This document shows, one piece after another, positions 46,443 to 47,283 of a stretch of DNA of 47,283 nucleotides; the first letter of the stretch is position 1; every line of letters starts with the position of its first letter. The notes under the pieces were generated by a model. It had not been told where the DNA came from. It did not search any database and was given only the letters and a program-made list of their open reading frames with translations. A program made the position numbers and the translations under genes. The stretch is from assembly GCA_032718475.1 (NCBI GenBank), contig JAUCBJ010006094.1, positions 1 through 47,283 on the forward strand, given 5' to 3'. This stretch comes from Nemertoderma westbladi. Taxonomy: Eukaryota > Animalia > Xenacoelomorpha.

Positions 46443-46850
46443 TGCACACGGTCAGTTCGGTTTGTTTTTACAACATCTAAACTGCGCCAGTCACTCCCAT
46501 CTCTCAAAAATCCCATCCCGGAAATCCTTGCGTCTAACTTCGTTTACTCATTCTCTTGTCCCTCTTGTAAGGGGGAATATGTTGGACACACCATCCAACA
46601 CTTGTTTGAACGCGTTAGACAGCACCAGGATGGGACAGCCAATGATGCGAGCGAACAGGGTAAGAATGCGCACAACCACATCATGACTCACCGCGGCGAG
46701 CCCAATACACGTTGGCTGACTGACTGGCGTGAATTGTTTAAACATTTCACTGTAATTGTTAGACACCCATTGCGGCCAGTCTTGCAAAAGCTTGAAATGT
46801 ATTACATCCAAACGCGCAAGCCGGTTATCAACAAGCAGAAACGTGACTGA
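46443..46850 (+). mobile_element. Penelope-like element, C-terminal GIY-YIG endonuclease fragment
   Basis: Open frame VRFVFTTSKLRQSLPSLKNPIPEILASNFVYSFSCPSCKGEYVGHTIQHLFERVRQH...LEMYYIQTRKPVINKQK*; a degenerate hammerhead-like CTGAGAA-tgcc...ggc-GAAAC follows at 46966-46998. Confidence 0.85.
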
Positions 46851-47283
46851 CGCAAGTTTACGGTGCTGCTTCCCAGTGGTTAGTTACAGTACAGACATAT
46901 CTTCATTTCGTTACCTGTTCCGTCCCCCTTTGGGAATATCTCTCTACATTTCCTGGCTTGGCCTCCTGAGAATGCCTTCAGTTGTTGCGGGGCGAAACCT
47001 ACCGATCATCTTACTGTATAGATTAACACTTCTCATCTCATCAATAATTTACAAGTTATCTCTCGAGCTTATGTAAGGGCTCTGTTGTCAATAGTTACAG
47101 TGGCTCACAACGGCCAACGTTTTCTTTTAACAACAAAAACTCAATACTCATCTAGAATTGCCGTGAACTTCTTCCGTGAATCTACACGGTGATATCCTAT
47201 TGGTTATTTTCCATATTGCTTTGGGGCAGAACGTACCGTACGCCAGTACACCGTAATGCGTATGCAGTTGGGTCAGGGTACCG

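Overview
AT-rich, intron-rich animal (invertebrate) genomic DNA, not prokaryotic; the relaxin/RGP-like peptide tentatively suggests an echinoderm or other deuterostome. Main contents: (1) the last coding exon of an insulin/relaxin-family gene (+, 1345-1460; A-chain GIASHCCSYGCSSSDLVAFC). (2) A hand-assembled minus-strand mosaic gene of about 28 exons (46016 to 15294; 5' end not found) whose splice phases all agree. It encodes three F-type lectin (FTP/fucolectin-like) domains, a WSC-like domain, about 16 six-Cys EGF-like repeats, a 10-Cys Ly6/uPAR (three-finger) domain and a GPI-type tail. The frame requires a 5-nt microexon (19634-19638). One symmetric exon is broken by a stop and an RTE insertion, so the locus may be one gene with exon skipping or two genes. 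A 3-kb intronic minisatellite is made of copies of one of its own splice acceptors. (3) Many mobile elements: a near-full-length CR1/L2-group LINE with a TSD, RTE copies, a CRE remnant, a non-autonomous hAT carrying a 74-bp satellite, tRNA SINEs and a Penelope GIY-YIG fragment. Three insertions share the Penelope-type layout TSD / inverted arm / arm / tail / TSD, and two of these are built from tRNA-derived heads. (4) Decayed fragments of paxillin-like LIM and ankyrin coding sequence. All calls are by eye; no searches were run.
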